Of a DNA stretch of 64,000 nucleotides, positions 9,701-18,871 are shown piece by piece. The notes under the pieces are model-generated. The model was not told the origin of the DNA. It worked only from the letters and a program-made list of their open reading frames with translations, and did not search any database. Source of the stretch: a virus (lineage: Duplodnaviria; Caudoviricetes). The stretch covers positions 933 to 64,932 of the IMG/VR virus record IMGVR_UViG_3300042549_001429; one strand, 5' to 3'. The translations under genes were made by a program, and so were the position numbers. Within the stretch, counting starts at the first letter, position 1. Each line of letters opens with the position of its first letter.

Positions 9701-11491
9701 AACATTGTAACGGTAGCTATTGTAATTAACTCAAGCACAAGCAATGGAGCAATATTCGTAAGGCCAACTTTTTCCTCAAACATTAATGAGGATGAAGGGG
9801 TAAAGATTACTTCTCCTGTAGCGAACGAAGGTTTGTTTTATAATGGTGGCTATTGGGTAAATAAGACTATCGCTGCTGCGCTTGGATATACTCCTGCAAA
9901 TGCAGCAACTACGCTAACTATAAATGGGCAAACTTACGACATCAGTGCCAATCGCACATGGTCAGTAGGTACTGTTACTAGTGTTGACATGAGCGTGCCT
10001 ACAGGATTCGGTATAGCAGGTAATCCTATTACAGGCGCAGGCACTCTTGCTTTGACATTTGCAGCAGGCTACAGCTTGCCGACAAATGCATCTCAAGCGA
10101 ATTGGGACACAGCATACAGCAATCGAATTACATCTTTGACAACTACAGGTACAAGTGGTGCAGCTACGTTGGTCTCCAACGTGCTCAACATTCCTCAGTA
10201 CCAAGCTCAGGGCAACTATATTACTTCACTTACGGGTGAAGCCACAGCAAGTGGACCGGGCGCAGCAAGTGTCACGCTCACCAACTCTGCTGTTACCGGC
10301 AAGGTCCTTACAGGGCTCACTGTAGCGGGTTCTTCTATCGCATCGACAGATAGTATCCTTACAGCATTTGGTAAGCTCCAAGGTCAAGTAAATGACCTTA
10401 TCGGTGGCTTGCAATATCAGGGTACTTGGAACGCATCTACAAACACTCCTACCATTACATCAGGTGTTGGTACTGATGGTCACTTCTACATTGTTAGTGT
10501 GGCAGGAAATACCACCATTGATGGAATAAGTGGATGGGAGATTGGGGATTGGATAGTATTCCATGGCACTGCTTGGCAAAAGGTGGACAACACTGAGTCT
10601 GTAGTTTCTGTGAATGGACTTACGGGAGCAGTTACGCTTACTACTAGCAATATATCTGAGGGAACTAATTTGTACTTTACAAACAGCAGGGCTCGTCAGG
10701 CTATCAGTTTAACTACTAGCGGCAACAGTGGTGCTGCCACTTATGATAACGGAACAGGGGTATTGAATGTGCCTCAGTACAGCTTATCAGGATTAGGTGG
10801 GGTGCCAACTACAAGGACATTGACTATTAATGGTACAGCTTTTGATTTGAGCGCTAATAGAAGTTGGAGCGTAGGTACGGTTACTAGCATTGCTACTAAC
10901 GGCCCGATTCAAGGAGGGACTATTACAGGAACAGGAACGATAAGCATTACGCAGGCAGGTTCTGCCTCAGATGGATACTTGAGCAGCACTGATTGGAATA
11001 CGTTTAACAACAAGCAGGGTACAATAAGCTTGACTACTACAGGAAATAGCGGTTCATCTACATTTATTTCTAACGTGTTAAACGTGCCTACCTATACTCT
11101 TGCAGGATTGGGAGGTGTGCCTACTACTAGAACGCTTAGCATTAACGGTGTAAGTTTTGACTTGAGTGCAGATAGAAGTTGGAGTGTTGGTACGCTTACA
11201 GGCTCAGGTAATACGAACTATGTTCCTAAATGGAACGGCAGCACGTCACTTACTGACAGCTTATTATTTGATAATGGTAGTGGATTAGGATTGGGTACTG
11301 CGAGCATCAATGCTTCAGCGTTGTTCCAAATGGACAGCACGACTAAAGGCTTCTTGCCTCCACGTATGACAGCTGCTCAAAGAGGAGCTATCTCAGCACC
11401 TGCTCAAGGATTGATAGTTTATCAAACAGATGGCGTAATTGGTTTGTATATTTACGCTAACTCCGTATGGAGAACACTTGGAATGATTTAA
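6779..11491 (+). CDS. Long tail fibre protein with modular internal repeats
   Basis: 1570 aa, T/G/S-rich; repeated RTLTINGxxxDLSAxRxWxVG, DWNTFNNKQ and YQGTWNA modules. Confidence 0.8.
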   Translation: MARISTYPIISTPTLNDLLIGTDVDNLNNTKNFTISEIGDLIGQDYVPYVGATGNVNLGAFNIQAAAFIVPGGLANQFLKANGTLDSTAYVPETRTITINGTTFNLSANRTWDLPTIDSLTTIGTSGAATYIGKVLNIPVYQAQGNYITQLSGEATALGPGNATVTLDNTAVISKVLSGLNITGGNIVASDNILQAFGKVQNQINSLVGGVQYQGTWNAATNTPFLQSSVGTKGYYYVVSVPGNTNLNGITDWRLGDWAIFNGTTWDKVDNTDAVVSVNGYTGAVVLTFSDVGAPPATRNLTINGVGYDLSADRSWTVGDVRTDGSYANPSWITSLGWNKITSTPTTLAGYGITDGASNTTTLTINGVTFDLSANRTWNVGTVTSIATSGPLTGGTITTSGTIGITQAGPTTDGYLSSADWNDFNDKLDSLSAAAPITLAAGVIGITQSGASSNGYLSSTDWNTFNNKQNALTNPVTGTGTTYTLPMWSGATTLTNSPLSYVSDAFTFQYNSNSGGTVNFTNSGLTAYTYSIQMNNFGSPRSTVHSYTDGIVVNSIAGTQVSRMFANGNFILGDGFVDNGYKLEIEGNLYVDTIANATVDTDKFLVSDSGVIKYRTGAELISDIGAVPSTRTLTINGTAFDLSADRSWSVGTVTSVDMSVPTGFTISGNPVTSSGTLAVAFASGYSLPTNAVQANWTTAYNDSIVSASVTGTATKTLTLNQQDGGTVTASWTDIDTAPVTSVFGRTGAIIAQSGDYTTTLVTEGTNLYYTDGRARLAISLTTTGSSGAATYNSGTGVFNIPNYGSALTAYVPYSGATQSVNLGEWGLTAGFVGFDLTPTGTPSVPGTMFWSADDETVDLVMDAGVTQKIGQETFYLVKNQTGTAIPKGTVVRADGTVGSSGRILIAPFLANGTVPSKFCIGVTAETIADGADGFVTAFGKIRQINTASFPNGTVLYASPTSAGGFTATAPQAPNNIVTVAIVINSSTSNGAIFVRPTFSSNINEDEGVKITSPVANEGLFYNGGYWVNKTIAAALGYTPANAATTLTINGQTYDISANRTWSVGTVTSVDMSVPTGFGIAGNPITGAGTLALTFAAGYSLPTNASQANWDTAYSNRITSLTTTGTSGAATLVSNVLNIPQYQAQGNYITSLTGEATASGPGAASVTLTNSAVTGKVLTGLTVAGSSIASTDSILTAFGKLQGQVNDLIGGLQYQGTWNASTNTPTITSGVGTDGHFYIVSVAGNTTIDGISGWEIGDWIVFHGTAWQKVDNTESVVSVNGLTGAVTLTTSNISEGTNLYFTNSRARQAISLTTSGNSGAATYDNGTGVLNVPQYSLSGLGGVPTTRTLTINGTAFDLSANRSWSVGTVTSIATNGPIQGGTITGTGTISITQAGSASDGYLSSTDWNTFNNKQGTISLTTTGNSGSSTFISNVLNVPTYTLAGLGGVPTTRTLSINGVSFDLSADRSWSVGTLTGSGNTNYVPKWNGSTSLTDSLLFDNGSGLGLGTASINASALFQMDSTTKGFLPPRMTAAQRGAISAPAQGLIVYQTDGVIGLYIYANSVWRTLGMI

Positions 11492-11501
11492 AAGATAAGA
11501 T

Positions 11502-14500
11502 ATGTCTAATTTAGCAACGATAGTAAACAACATATTAGCAGACAGTGGGATTGACGACATCAATGTTGTTGTCACCACAGGGTCATATACTAACCCTGCT
11601 TGGATAGTCTCATTGCCTTGGACTAAGATTACCGGAACTCCTACTACGCTTGCAGGTTACGGCATAACCGATGCCTATACGCAAACGCAGGTAAATAATT
11701 TGCTAAATGCTAAGCTATCGTTGAGTGGTGGCACAATGACAGGTGCTATTAATTTGCCAAATGGTATTGTAGGAATTAATGTCGGAGATGATGCGACTAT
11801 TTCAGATAGAAATGTTGCTAACACAATGTATGTCGCAGGTATTCAAAATACTGATAGAGGATATATTAACTTCAGTGAAACAGGAGGTAATCAACTTGGA
11901 GCAATTAATGGTGGTGATTTAACTTGGAGAGGTGTTCCTATTATTACAACATCAAATGTTTCAGGAACGGTTGATTATATACCTAAGTTTACTGCTGCTA
12001 ATTCAGTAGGTAATAGTGCATTGCGTGAAATTTCAGGTAATTTAGGGTTGGGCATTGCACCAAGCAGTTGGAGTAATGTTAAGGTTCTTCAAATTGGAGC
12101 AACAAGCATAGGTGGATATAGCAATACAGGATATTTTAACTCTAATGCTTATTATAATTCAACTACAAGTTGGACATATGTTAACTCATCATATGCAGCA
12201 AGATATGAATTAAACTCAAGTGATGCAGGTATTCATAAATGGTATGTAGCACCAACAGGAACAGCAGGGGCAACAATATCATTTATTACTGCAATGACTT
12301 TGAATAATTCCGGACAACTTGGTATTGGAGTAGACCCTACTCAAATGCTTGATGTTAATGGCAATGGTAAATTCAGAGGACAGGATTTGTTTCTTGGTAG
12401 TGATGTAACTGCTGATAATGTAATCTACATATACTCAAAGAATGGAGCACAGAGTCAGATAAGAACAAATGCAGGTGTTTCATCTTCTTATAATGGGATG
12501 ATGATTGCTTCAAACTATAACCAAGCAGCTTCATTGCCGTCTTGGAGTTTAGATTTAGGTGGGGCATTAAACTCAACAGGAAATGTAAATACTTTTACAG
12601 TCGGATATAAACCATTTGGTGGAGCGTGGGCATCATTAATGATTGTTAATGCAAATGGAGACACCGTTGTTTCAAATAATTTTACATCAGCAAGTGCTGT
12701 ATTTAACAATGGAACAAATAGTACAAACGGTATTAAAGTAGTTTCATCCACAACGGCATCTGTATTTACAGGAGGTATTGAGTTTATTAGAACAACTGTA
12801 GCAGGAGGCTCTAAGATTCAACCATTAAGAGATGCCGCAATAGGTGGTGTTGGATTTGACTTTTTAGTTACTACCAACAATGCTGCTGAGATAGCCGCTA
12901 GTTATACTTCTGCATTAAGTATTTTAAATACAGGTGTAGCTACCTTTTCTAATAATATATTTATTGGAGCAGGTAAATATTTAGGTTACTCAGCATCTGC
13001 GTATGTTACACCTGAAGATAATATTCAAGGTGCAAGAATTAAAACCCCCGGAGGATTTTTAGTAGAATCAGCAGGTGCGGTTACTTTCAACAACCTTGCA
13101 GGAACGGGAACAAGAATGGTTGTTGTTAATTCAAATGGCGTATTTTCTACACAAGCAATTGGTAGTGGAAGTATTACAGGAAGTGGAACTACTAACTATG
13201 TCCCTAAATTTACAAGTAGTAGTGCTATAGGTAATAGTGTTATTATTGATAGCGGTTCAGATGTAACTGTTGGTAATGCTCTTCGTGTAAATGCTTTTGG
13301 AAACGTAGCAGGTGGAACAATAAGAATGGGTGCTGTAAATGATGGTACAGAGAAGTGGTCTTATTTAGTAAGCACTCAATACAACAGTTCATCTAATCCA
13401 CAAGGATTTTCGGTTATAGGAGCATATACTACTGCAACAGCAAATCAAATTGTAATTGGAGGTAGTATTTATGAAGCTAATCCTGCTACAGAAATACAAT
13501 TTTGGACACATACTGCTGTAACTCACGGAACAGGTGGTTCAAAAAGAATGACAATTGATACCAATGGTAACGTAGGCATAAATACTGCAACACCAACTCA
13601 AAAGTTTGAGGTTAGTGGTGGAGCAATTATTGCTTCAGGTTTTGGAAATCGTGCAGCAGGAACAGGTAAGGCTCTTGAAATTGGAATGGATGGGACAAAT
13701 GCAGTTTTACAAGCACTTGATAGAACGGCAAATGCATTTATTCCAATTGCTATTAATTCAAGTGGAGCTACTTTCAACAATAGTGTAACTGCAGTAGGAT
13801 TGTTTTCAACAACATCAGCAGCAGGAAATTTAGCTGCAAAAATTAGAAATGGGGTTACATCAGGAAGTGGCAGTACAGGATATGGGTTAGCGATAGAAAG
13901 TGAAGCAAGTGCTGCAACAAGTTATGCTTTAACTGTTAGAAACCTTGCAGAGTCAACTACTTATTTTCACATTTCAACTGAAACGGGGAAAGTGGGGTAT
14001 GTTGGAATTGGTACGACATCATCAAATTATAGACTGCAAGTAGGAGACTTAACAAATACATCAGGAGTTAAAAATGATATTTTTATTACAGGTGATACAG
14101 TTAATACAAATGGATTTTATGCAAGATTAATATTTGGTAATTCTAATCAAAGTGGTGGTTCAACTGCAAGTATTAGAGCGGAAAGAATAACAACTAACTT
14201 TGCTACTGAACTTACTTTTTATACTAATGAAGCAGGAAGTGCAGGTAATGGGGCTGAAAGATTACGTATAGCCTCTACAGGAAATATTGGAATAAATACT
14301 GCAAATCCATTAGCAGGACTTCAAATAGAAAAGTACGGCAGCAAGTTTGATTCAGACGTACAGTATAATCAACCTGCAGGTAATGTATTCTTATCTGTAA
14401 CAGGAGCAGTTGCTGACCAAGTCAATTGGTTTGGTATGAGAGGTAGTTACAACTCAAGTACAGGAAGTGCAAATTTACTTTTACAAGCAAACTACAGAGA

Positions 14501-15902
14501 CGTAAATAGTCAGGCAGGTCATTACATTTCATCTAAAGCACAAAGTTTAGGAGTAGCTGATTTTATAATAGGTAAATTAGTTACAACAACTTCTGTCTCA
14601 ACTCCTCCAACATTAGTTCCACAATTAACAATAGCTGCTTCAGGTGCAGTAACAATTTCAAATAATGCATCTCCGGGATTAAATATATCCAAAGATGCAA
14701 GTTTGGACAATAGATATTTAAGATTAACAAATACTCAAGCATCAAGCGTAAATTGGGATTTAATTAATCAACAGAATTCAGGTGGCAATAGCTTTTTAAT
14801 ATATAATGCAACAGCAAGTACAACTTCTGTAGAAATAACTCCAACAGGCAATATGACTGCAAGGGGCGTTATTGGTTGGTATAGCGGTATAGGTGCTTTA
14901 TCTTATGGTAGTGGATTTGTTACAATGGAAACAAATACTGCAAATGCTATCCAATTCAAAACTAACGGTACAACTGCATTAACACTTCAGACTAACCAAA
15001 ATGGAAGATTTGCTAATCTCTTAGGTATTGGCAGAGACCCTTCTCATGCTCTTGATGCTCTTGGCTCAATAAGAGGTTCTGACAGATTGTATTGGAATGG
15101 GTTAAGTCAATTGGTTTATATTCTTAATTATGACCAAATAAATAATGCTGATACAACAACTATTTCAGACTCAACAGCAACAAATGGGTTTGCACTGAGA
15201 AAATCAGGAGGAAGTAGTACATTCTTTTTTGGTAATTACACAAGTTTTCCTCCGGGTAACTATACTGCATATTTTAGATTAAAGGTAGCAAGTAATGCTT
15301 CAGGTTCGTCTCTTGGCACTCTTGATGTCGTTGGTGGTACTATGATTGGGTTTGCAATTACTTTAAGACCAAATATGTTTGCGGCAAGTGATACTTGGCA
15401 ATACATTAAACTTCCATTTACAGTTACAGGTAGTGGATATATTGAATGGAGATTGGTAGGTTGGACAGGAATTACTGACACGTTCTTTGACCATATAATG
15501 GTTTATCAAGAAGGAGGAGAAGGCAATGTATTTACAAGAAGTGCTTATAGCGTATATGTAAATCAGAATACACTTGGAATGCAATTAAATACTTCAGGTG
15601 CATTGACAGTAACAAGTAGTGTTACAGCCACTTCGTTTTTTGAAAGTTCAGATGAAAGATTAAAGTCAAACATAATTGACTTGGACGCTAACGTAAGCAG
15701 TATAATTGCAAAGTCTTATTTAAAGAATGGAATGCAAGAGATTGGTTATCTTGCACAAGATGTCGAAAGGATTCTTCCAAGTGCAATCTCTAAAAGGGAT
15801 GATGGCTACTTAGATTTATCGTATAGGCAAGTCCACACAGCAAAGATTGCTGCCCTTGAGAAAGAAGTATTTGAATTAAAACAACAACTTAAAAACAAAT
15901 AA
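11502..15902 (+). CDS. Tail fibre/spike with C-terminal intramolecular chaperone (peptidase S74)
   Basis: GNVGIxT repeats; C-terminal SDERLKSNI..IGYLAQDVE..YLDLSY plus coiled coil. Confidence 0.85.
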   Translation: MSNLATIVNNILADSGIDDINVVVTTGSYTNPAWIVSLPWTKITGTPTTLAGYGITDAYTQTQVNNLLNAKLSLSGGTMTGAINLPNGIVGINVGDDATISDRNVANTMYVAGIQNTDRGYINFSETGGNQLGAINGGDLTWRGVPIITTSNVSGTVDYIPKFTAANSVGNSALREISGNLGLGIAPSSWSNVKVLQIGATSIGGYSNTGYFNSNAYYNSTTSWTYVNSSYAARYELNSSDAGIHKWYVAPTGTAGATISFITAMTLNNSGQLGIGVDPTQMLDVNGNGKFRGQDLFLGSDVTADNVIYIYSKNGAQSQIRTNAGVSSSYNGMMIASNYNQAASLPSWSLDLGGALNSTGNVNTFTVGYKPFGGAWASLMIVNANGDTVVSNNFTSASAVFNNGTNSTNGIKVVSSTTASVFTGGIEFIRTTVAGGSKIQPLRDAAIGGVGFDFLVTTNNAAEIAASYTSALSILNTGVATFSNNIFIGAGKYLGYSASAYVTPEDNIQGARIKTPGGFLVESAGAVTFNNLAGTGTRMVVVNSNGVFSTQAIGSGSITGSGTTNYVPKFTSSSAIGNSVIIDSGSDVTVGNALRVNAFGNVAGGTIRMGAVNDGTEKWSYLVSTQYNSSSNPQGFSVIGAYTTATANQIVIGGSIYEANPATEIQFWTHTAVTHGTGGSKRMTIDTNGNVGINTATPTQKFEVSGGAIIASGFGNRAAGTGKALEIGMDGTNAVLQALDRTANAFIPIAINSSGATFNNSVTAVGLFSTTSAAGNLAAKIRNGVTSGSGSTGYGLAIESEASAATSYALTVRNLAESTTYFHISTETGKVGYVGIGTTSSNYRLQVGDLTNTSGVKNDIFITGDTVNTNGFYARLIFGNSNQSGGSTASIRAERITTNFATELTFYTNEAGSAGNGAERLRIASTGNIGINTANPLAGLQIEKYGSKFDSDVQYNQPAGNVFLSVTGAVADQVNWFGMRGSYNSSTGSANLLLQANYRDVNSQAGHYISSKAQSLGVADFIIGKLVTTTSVSTPPTLVPQLTIAASGAVTISNNASPGLNISKDASLDNRYLRLTNTQASSVNWDLINQQNSGGNSFLIYNATASTTSVEITPTGNMTARGVIGWYSGIGALSYGSGFVTMETNTANAIQFKTNGTTALTLQTNQNGRFANLLGIGRDPSHALDALGSIRGSDRLYWNGLSQLVYILNYDQINNADTTTISDSTATNGFALRKSGGSSTFFFGNYTSFPPGNYTAYFRLKVASNASGSSLGTLDVVGGTMIGFAITLRPNMFAASDTWQYIKLPFTVTGSGYIEWRLVGWTGITDTFFDHIMVYQEGGEGNVFTRSAYSVYVNQNTLGMQLNTSGALTVTSSVTATSFFESSDERLKSNIIDLDANVSSIIAKSYLKNGMQEIGYLAQDVERILPSAISKRDDGYLDLSYRQVHTAKIAALEKEVFELKQQLKNK

Positions 15903-15903
15903 A

Positions 15904-16275
15904 ATGAAAACAATCGAGCCTGTATCCGTTTGGTTTAACGGTAACGAAGTTCAAGCAACAGTGCTTGCTTCAAGCAGTAGTAATGACAACCTGTTTAATA
16001 GTGCAATTTTTAACTATCAATTGCTTCAGGTTATTGTTAGTCCTGCGAATCCTTATCTTGAGCAATTAAACATCCTAACAAATGGAACTTTACTTATGGA
16101 TGGTGAGACTTATCAGAATTGGGAAACAAATGATTATGCTTATGATTGGATTGCTCAGCAACTGAATCTTACAATCACAGGCAACTATGTACCACCGGTA
16201 CCTCCTGCTCCTGAGCCCGAGCCAACTCCGACTCCTGAGCCTGAAGTAGAAGAAACTCCTGAAATCGAAAAATAA
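15904..16275 (+). CDS. Tail-fibre-associated protein
   Basis: Follows the fibre gene; PE-rich tail. Confidence 0.55.
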   Translation: MKTIEPVSVWFNGNEVQATVLASSSSNDNLFNSAIFNYQLLQVIVSPANPYLEQLNILTNGTLLMDGETYQNWETNDYAYDWIAQQLNLTITGNYVPPVPPAPEPEPTPTPEPEVEETPEIEK

Positions 16276-17048
16276 TGTCTTGGATAAGCTTAGCAAGTAA
16301 TCAGACTGTATCGTTTAACAACTTACAGAATGCTGTAAACAATGGTGTGTTTACTGCTAAGACTGCTATACCCGTAAGTAACGAGCAGATTACTAAGGCT
16401 GATGCGAATACCTACGTAAACATTAATACGTCTTACGGACCGTATGCAGCAAAAGCAAGTAATCAGCTCGTTGTGAAATCTGATTTGCAGGCTGTCATCA
16501 CTTCATACGCTCATACGGTGTATTATAATTCTACTTGTTTTTGGGATGGTATTTATATTGAAGCAGGAGCAGCAAGCGCAACAGCGGCCTGTTCTTTATC
16601 TACTAATTCAATTACTCTGTATAGTTCTGACTTTGCACTTGGTAATGGCTCAGTGCTTTACTTTGATAGTAACCTTTCAAATCCTTGGTATAGCGATGAG
16701 TTATGCGGAGGAACTCCCGGATATTACTTAGTAGGAGAGTATTCATTTCGTTATTACACCATAGCTGACATTCTAAATATTTCAGAATACACTCTTTGTG
16801 CAGGTCAAACATCTTACGCAATTACTAATTGCGGTATAAGTAACTCAAGCGCAGCAGGAGCTTGTTCTGATGCCGGTACTAATCCAAAAACACTTTACTC
16901 AGAATGTGCTACATTATCTGCAGGATGCTCAATACACTTTAATTCAAACCTAACTAATCCTGTAACAGACCTATATGTTTTTGCTCAAGCAAGTTGGGAC
17001 ATGGATGGGTATGGTATAATTTCAAATTATTCATCAGTTCAATGTTAA
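16275..17048 (+). CDS. Cys-rich putative virion protein
   Basis: Two copies of an AC..TLYS..L..G..xF.SNL.NP module. Confidence 0.6.
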   Translation: MSWISLASNQTVSFNNLQNAVNNGVFTAKTAIPVSNEQITKADANTYVNINTSYGPYAAKASNQLVVKSDLQAVITSYAHTVYYNSTCFWDGIYIEAGAASATAACSLSTNSITLYSSDFALGNGSVLYFDSNLSNPWYSDELCGGTPGYYLVGEYSFRYYTIADILNISEYTLCAGQTSYAITNCGISNSSAAGACSDAGTNPKTLYSECATLSAGCSIHFNSNLTNPVTDLYVFAQASWDMDGYGIISNYSSVQC

Positions 17049-17051
17049 AAT

Positions 17052-17288
17052 ATGTCAACAATTAGTTCTTATCCAAACGATGGCAATGTCACTTATAGTG
17101 ACAAGCTTATTGGCACAGATGCCAATGATTCAAACAAAACAAAGAATTTCACTGTAGGTGATATTCTTGCGCTACCAATCCCAACTGTTCCTGTTTACGC
17201 AAACAATGTTGCGGCTAAAGCGGCAGGTCTTGCGGTTGGCAAGATATATCGCATAACCGGAACCGATAATGCGGGAGTAGTTTACTAA
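17052..17288 (+). CDS. Short protein sharing the tail-fibre N-terminal anchor motif
   Basis: ISSYP..D.LIGTD..TKNFT matches the N-terminus of ORF 6779. Confidence 0.65.
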   Translation: MSTISSYPNDGNVTYSDKLIGTDANDSNKTKNFTVGDILALPIPTVPVYANNVAAKAAGLAVGKIYRITGTDNAGVVY

Positions 17289-17293
17289 CTTTG
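17286..17293 (+). promoter_or_regulatory. Bacteroidota -7 element TAACTTTG
   Basis: Consensus match upstream of ATG 17322. Confidence 0.5.
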
Positions 17294-17321
17294 TGCTGTT
17301 AATTAAATTAAATCAAATCAA

Positions 17322-17549
17322 ATGGACATTAGGAAAATATCTGTGGGGCCTGACTACAAGGGTGGTGCGATGCACTACATCGTTGGTCAGAAGGTGCTCG
17401 GAGATACGAATGAAATACACCTCATTAAACTTGTCCCTGAAACGGGGGCAATAAGGATTTATATTATAAACGAGAAGCAAGAGGTTGTAATGTGGAAGGA
17501 GTTCAACCACACCATTCCTTTGTCCATCGAATATAATATAAACATCTAA
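17322..17549 (+). CDS. Conserved hypothetical phage protein
   Basis: IRKISVGPDYKGGAMHY..WKEFN..SIEYNI; AAATCAAATCAA leader. Confidence 0.75.
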   Translation: MDIRKISVGPDYKGGAMHYIVGQKVLGDTNEIHLIKLVPETGAIRIYIINEKQEVVMWKEFNHTIPLSIEYNINI

Positions 17550-18112
17550 TGAGGTCACCATTCTATTTTATAGCGAAGCCCATTAACGGCAAGAGGTACG
17601 ATAACACCAAAATGATTGGTGGCATAGAGTTTATTGTCAGTACCTCAGAAGAAGACCATAAGTTTTCAAATCGTTTTGCTGAGGTGATTGAGTTGCCTTT
17701 GGGATACAAGGGCCCTATCAGGGTTGGTTACACCCTACTCGTGCACCACAACGTATTTAAGTTTTACAACGACATGAAGGGCAGGCAAAAAAGTGGAAAG
17801 TCTTTTTTTAGAGACGACCTATTTTTTATTGAGCCCGACCAATTTTTTATGTACAACGATGGTTCCACGTGGAATGCTTACGATAGGTACTGCTTTGTAA
17901 AGCCAATACCTGCAACTGAGAGTTACATCAAAAAGCCATTTACTGAGGAACCGCTCGTAGGAATAATGAGATACCCTAATGACTATCTTTACAATAAAGG
18001 TATCAGAGAAGGGGACATGGTTTGCTATAGCCCCGACAGCGAGTACGAGTTTACCGTGGACGAGGAGAAGTTATACCGAATGTACGACCATCAAATAACA
18101 ATCAAATTATGA
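17549..18112 (+). CDS. Possible tandem GroES-like protein
   Basis: Two halves, each starting with a (F/C)xxKPI motif and with I+xGxxxxx strands, reminiscent of the GroES fold. Confidence 0.45.
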   Translation: MRSPFYFIAKPINGKRYDNTKMIGGIEFIVSTSEEDHKFSNRFAEVIELPLGYKGPIRVGYTLLVHHNVFKFYNDMKGRQKSGKSFFRDDLFFIEPDQFFMYNDGSTWNAYDRYCFVKPIPATESYIKKPFTEEPLVGIMRYPNDYLYNKGIREGDMVCYSPDSEYEFTVDEEKLYRMYDHQITIKL

Positions 18113-18594
18113 ATCTAATCACATTCGACAACGTATTAAAAGACCCTAAAGAATATGTGGCAGACATACACAAGTATGGATTTCAAGACGTGGCAGATGG
18201 AGACAACGTATTCCGGAACATACAGCCACGTGACATTTACGATGAGTTTGCCCAATATGTCACTAACGTATTTGGTGGTTACAAGGTAAGCGTAAACTTT
18301 ATTCGTAAGTCACCATTGAACCAAGAAGAACCAAACTTTGTACATACTGATGAGATGATGGGAGATATTACTTGTATCTTGTATCTCAACGAGGATGCAC
18401 CAAGTGAGGATGGTACAACTATTTATGACGAACAGGACAAGCCTCTAGCTGTGGTCTACTCTAGGTTCAACCGAATGATAGCATTCAACTCAGACTTGCC
18501 TCATTCAAGAAACCTTTTTGAAAACTTTGGAGAAGGAGAGAATGCTCGATTGATTCAAGTAATATTTTTGAAAAGAAATGAGAGAAGACACTAA
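18109..18594 (+). CDS. 2OG-Fe(II) dioxygenase
   Basis: HTD..CILYLN..GTT..FNRMIAF..H..RL motif set. Confidence 0.8.
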   Translation: MNLITFDNVLKDPKEYVADIHKYGFQDVADGDNVFRNIQPRDIYDEFAQYVTNVFGGYKVSVNFIRKSPLNQEEPNFVHTDEMMGDITCILYLNEDAPSEDGTTIYDEQDKPLAVVYSRFNRMIAFNSDLPHSRNLFENFGEGENARLIQVIFLKRNERRH

Positions 18595-18871
18595 AGACAT
18601 AAAGCTGCGTATTATCAATGCGGGCTATAAGGCTGTGAGTCATTTGATAAAAGTAGCAGAGGAAAACATCATCAATAGCGATGATGATAGCGCTGATGTG
18701 GCCGCAGATAAAATGAAGAACGCTGCTGCTGCCAAGAAGTTGGCAATCTTTGATGCATTTGAGATACTCAATCGTATTGAGGCAGAGAAAGAAAACATTG
18801 ACTCCGCAGAGCGTGGAGTAAGTAAAACAGATACAAAACAAGGATTTGCAGAACGAAGGTCAAAACAATAG
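18578..18871 (+). CDS. Putative terminase small subunit
   Basis: Helical 97 aa protein immediately before TerL. Confidence 0.5.
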   Translation: MREDTKDIKLRIINAGYKAVSHLIKVAEENIINSDDDSADVAADKMKNAAAAKKLAIFDAFEILNRIEAEKENIDSAERGVSKTDTKQGFAERRSKQ

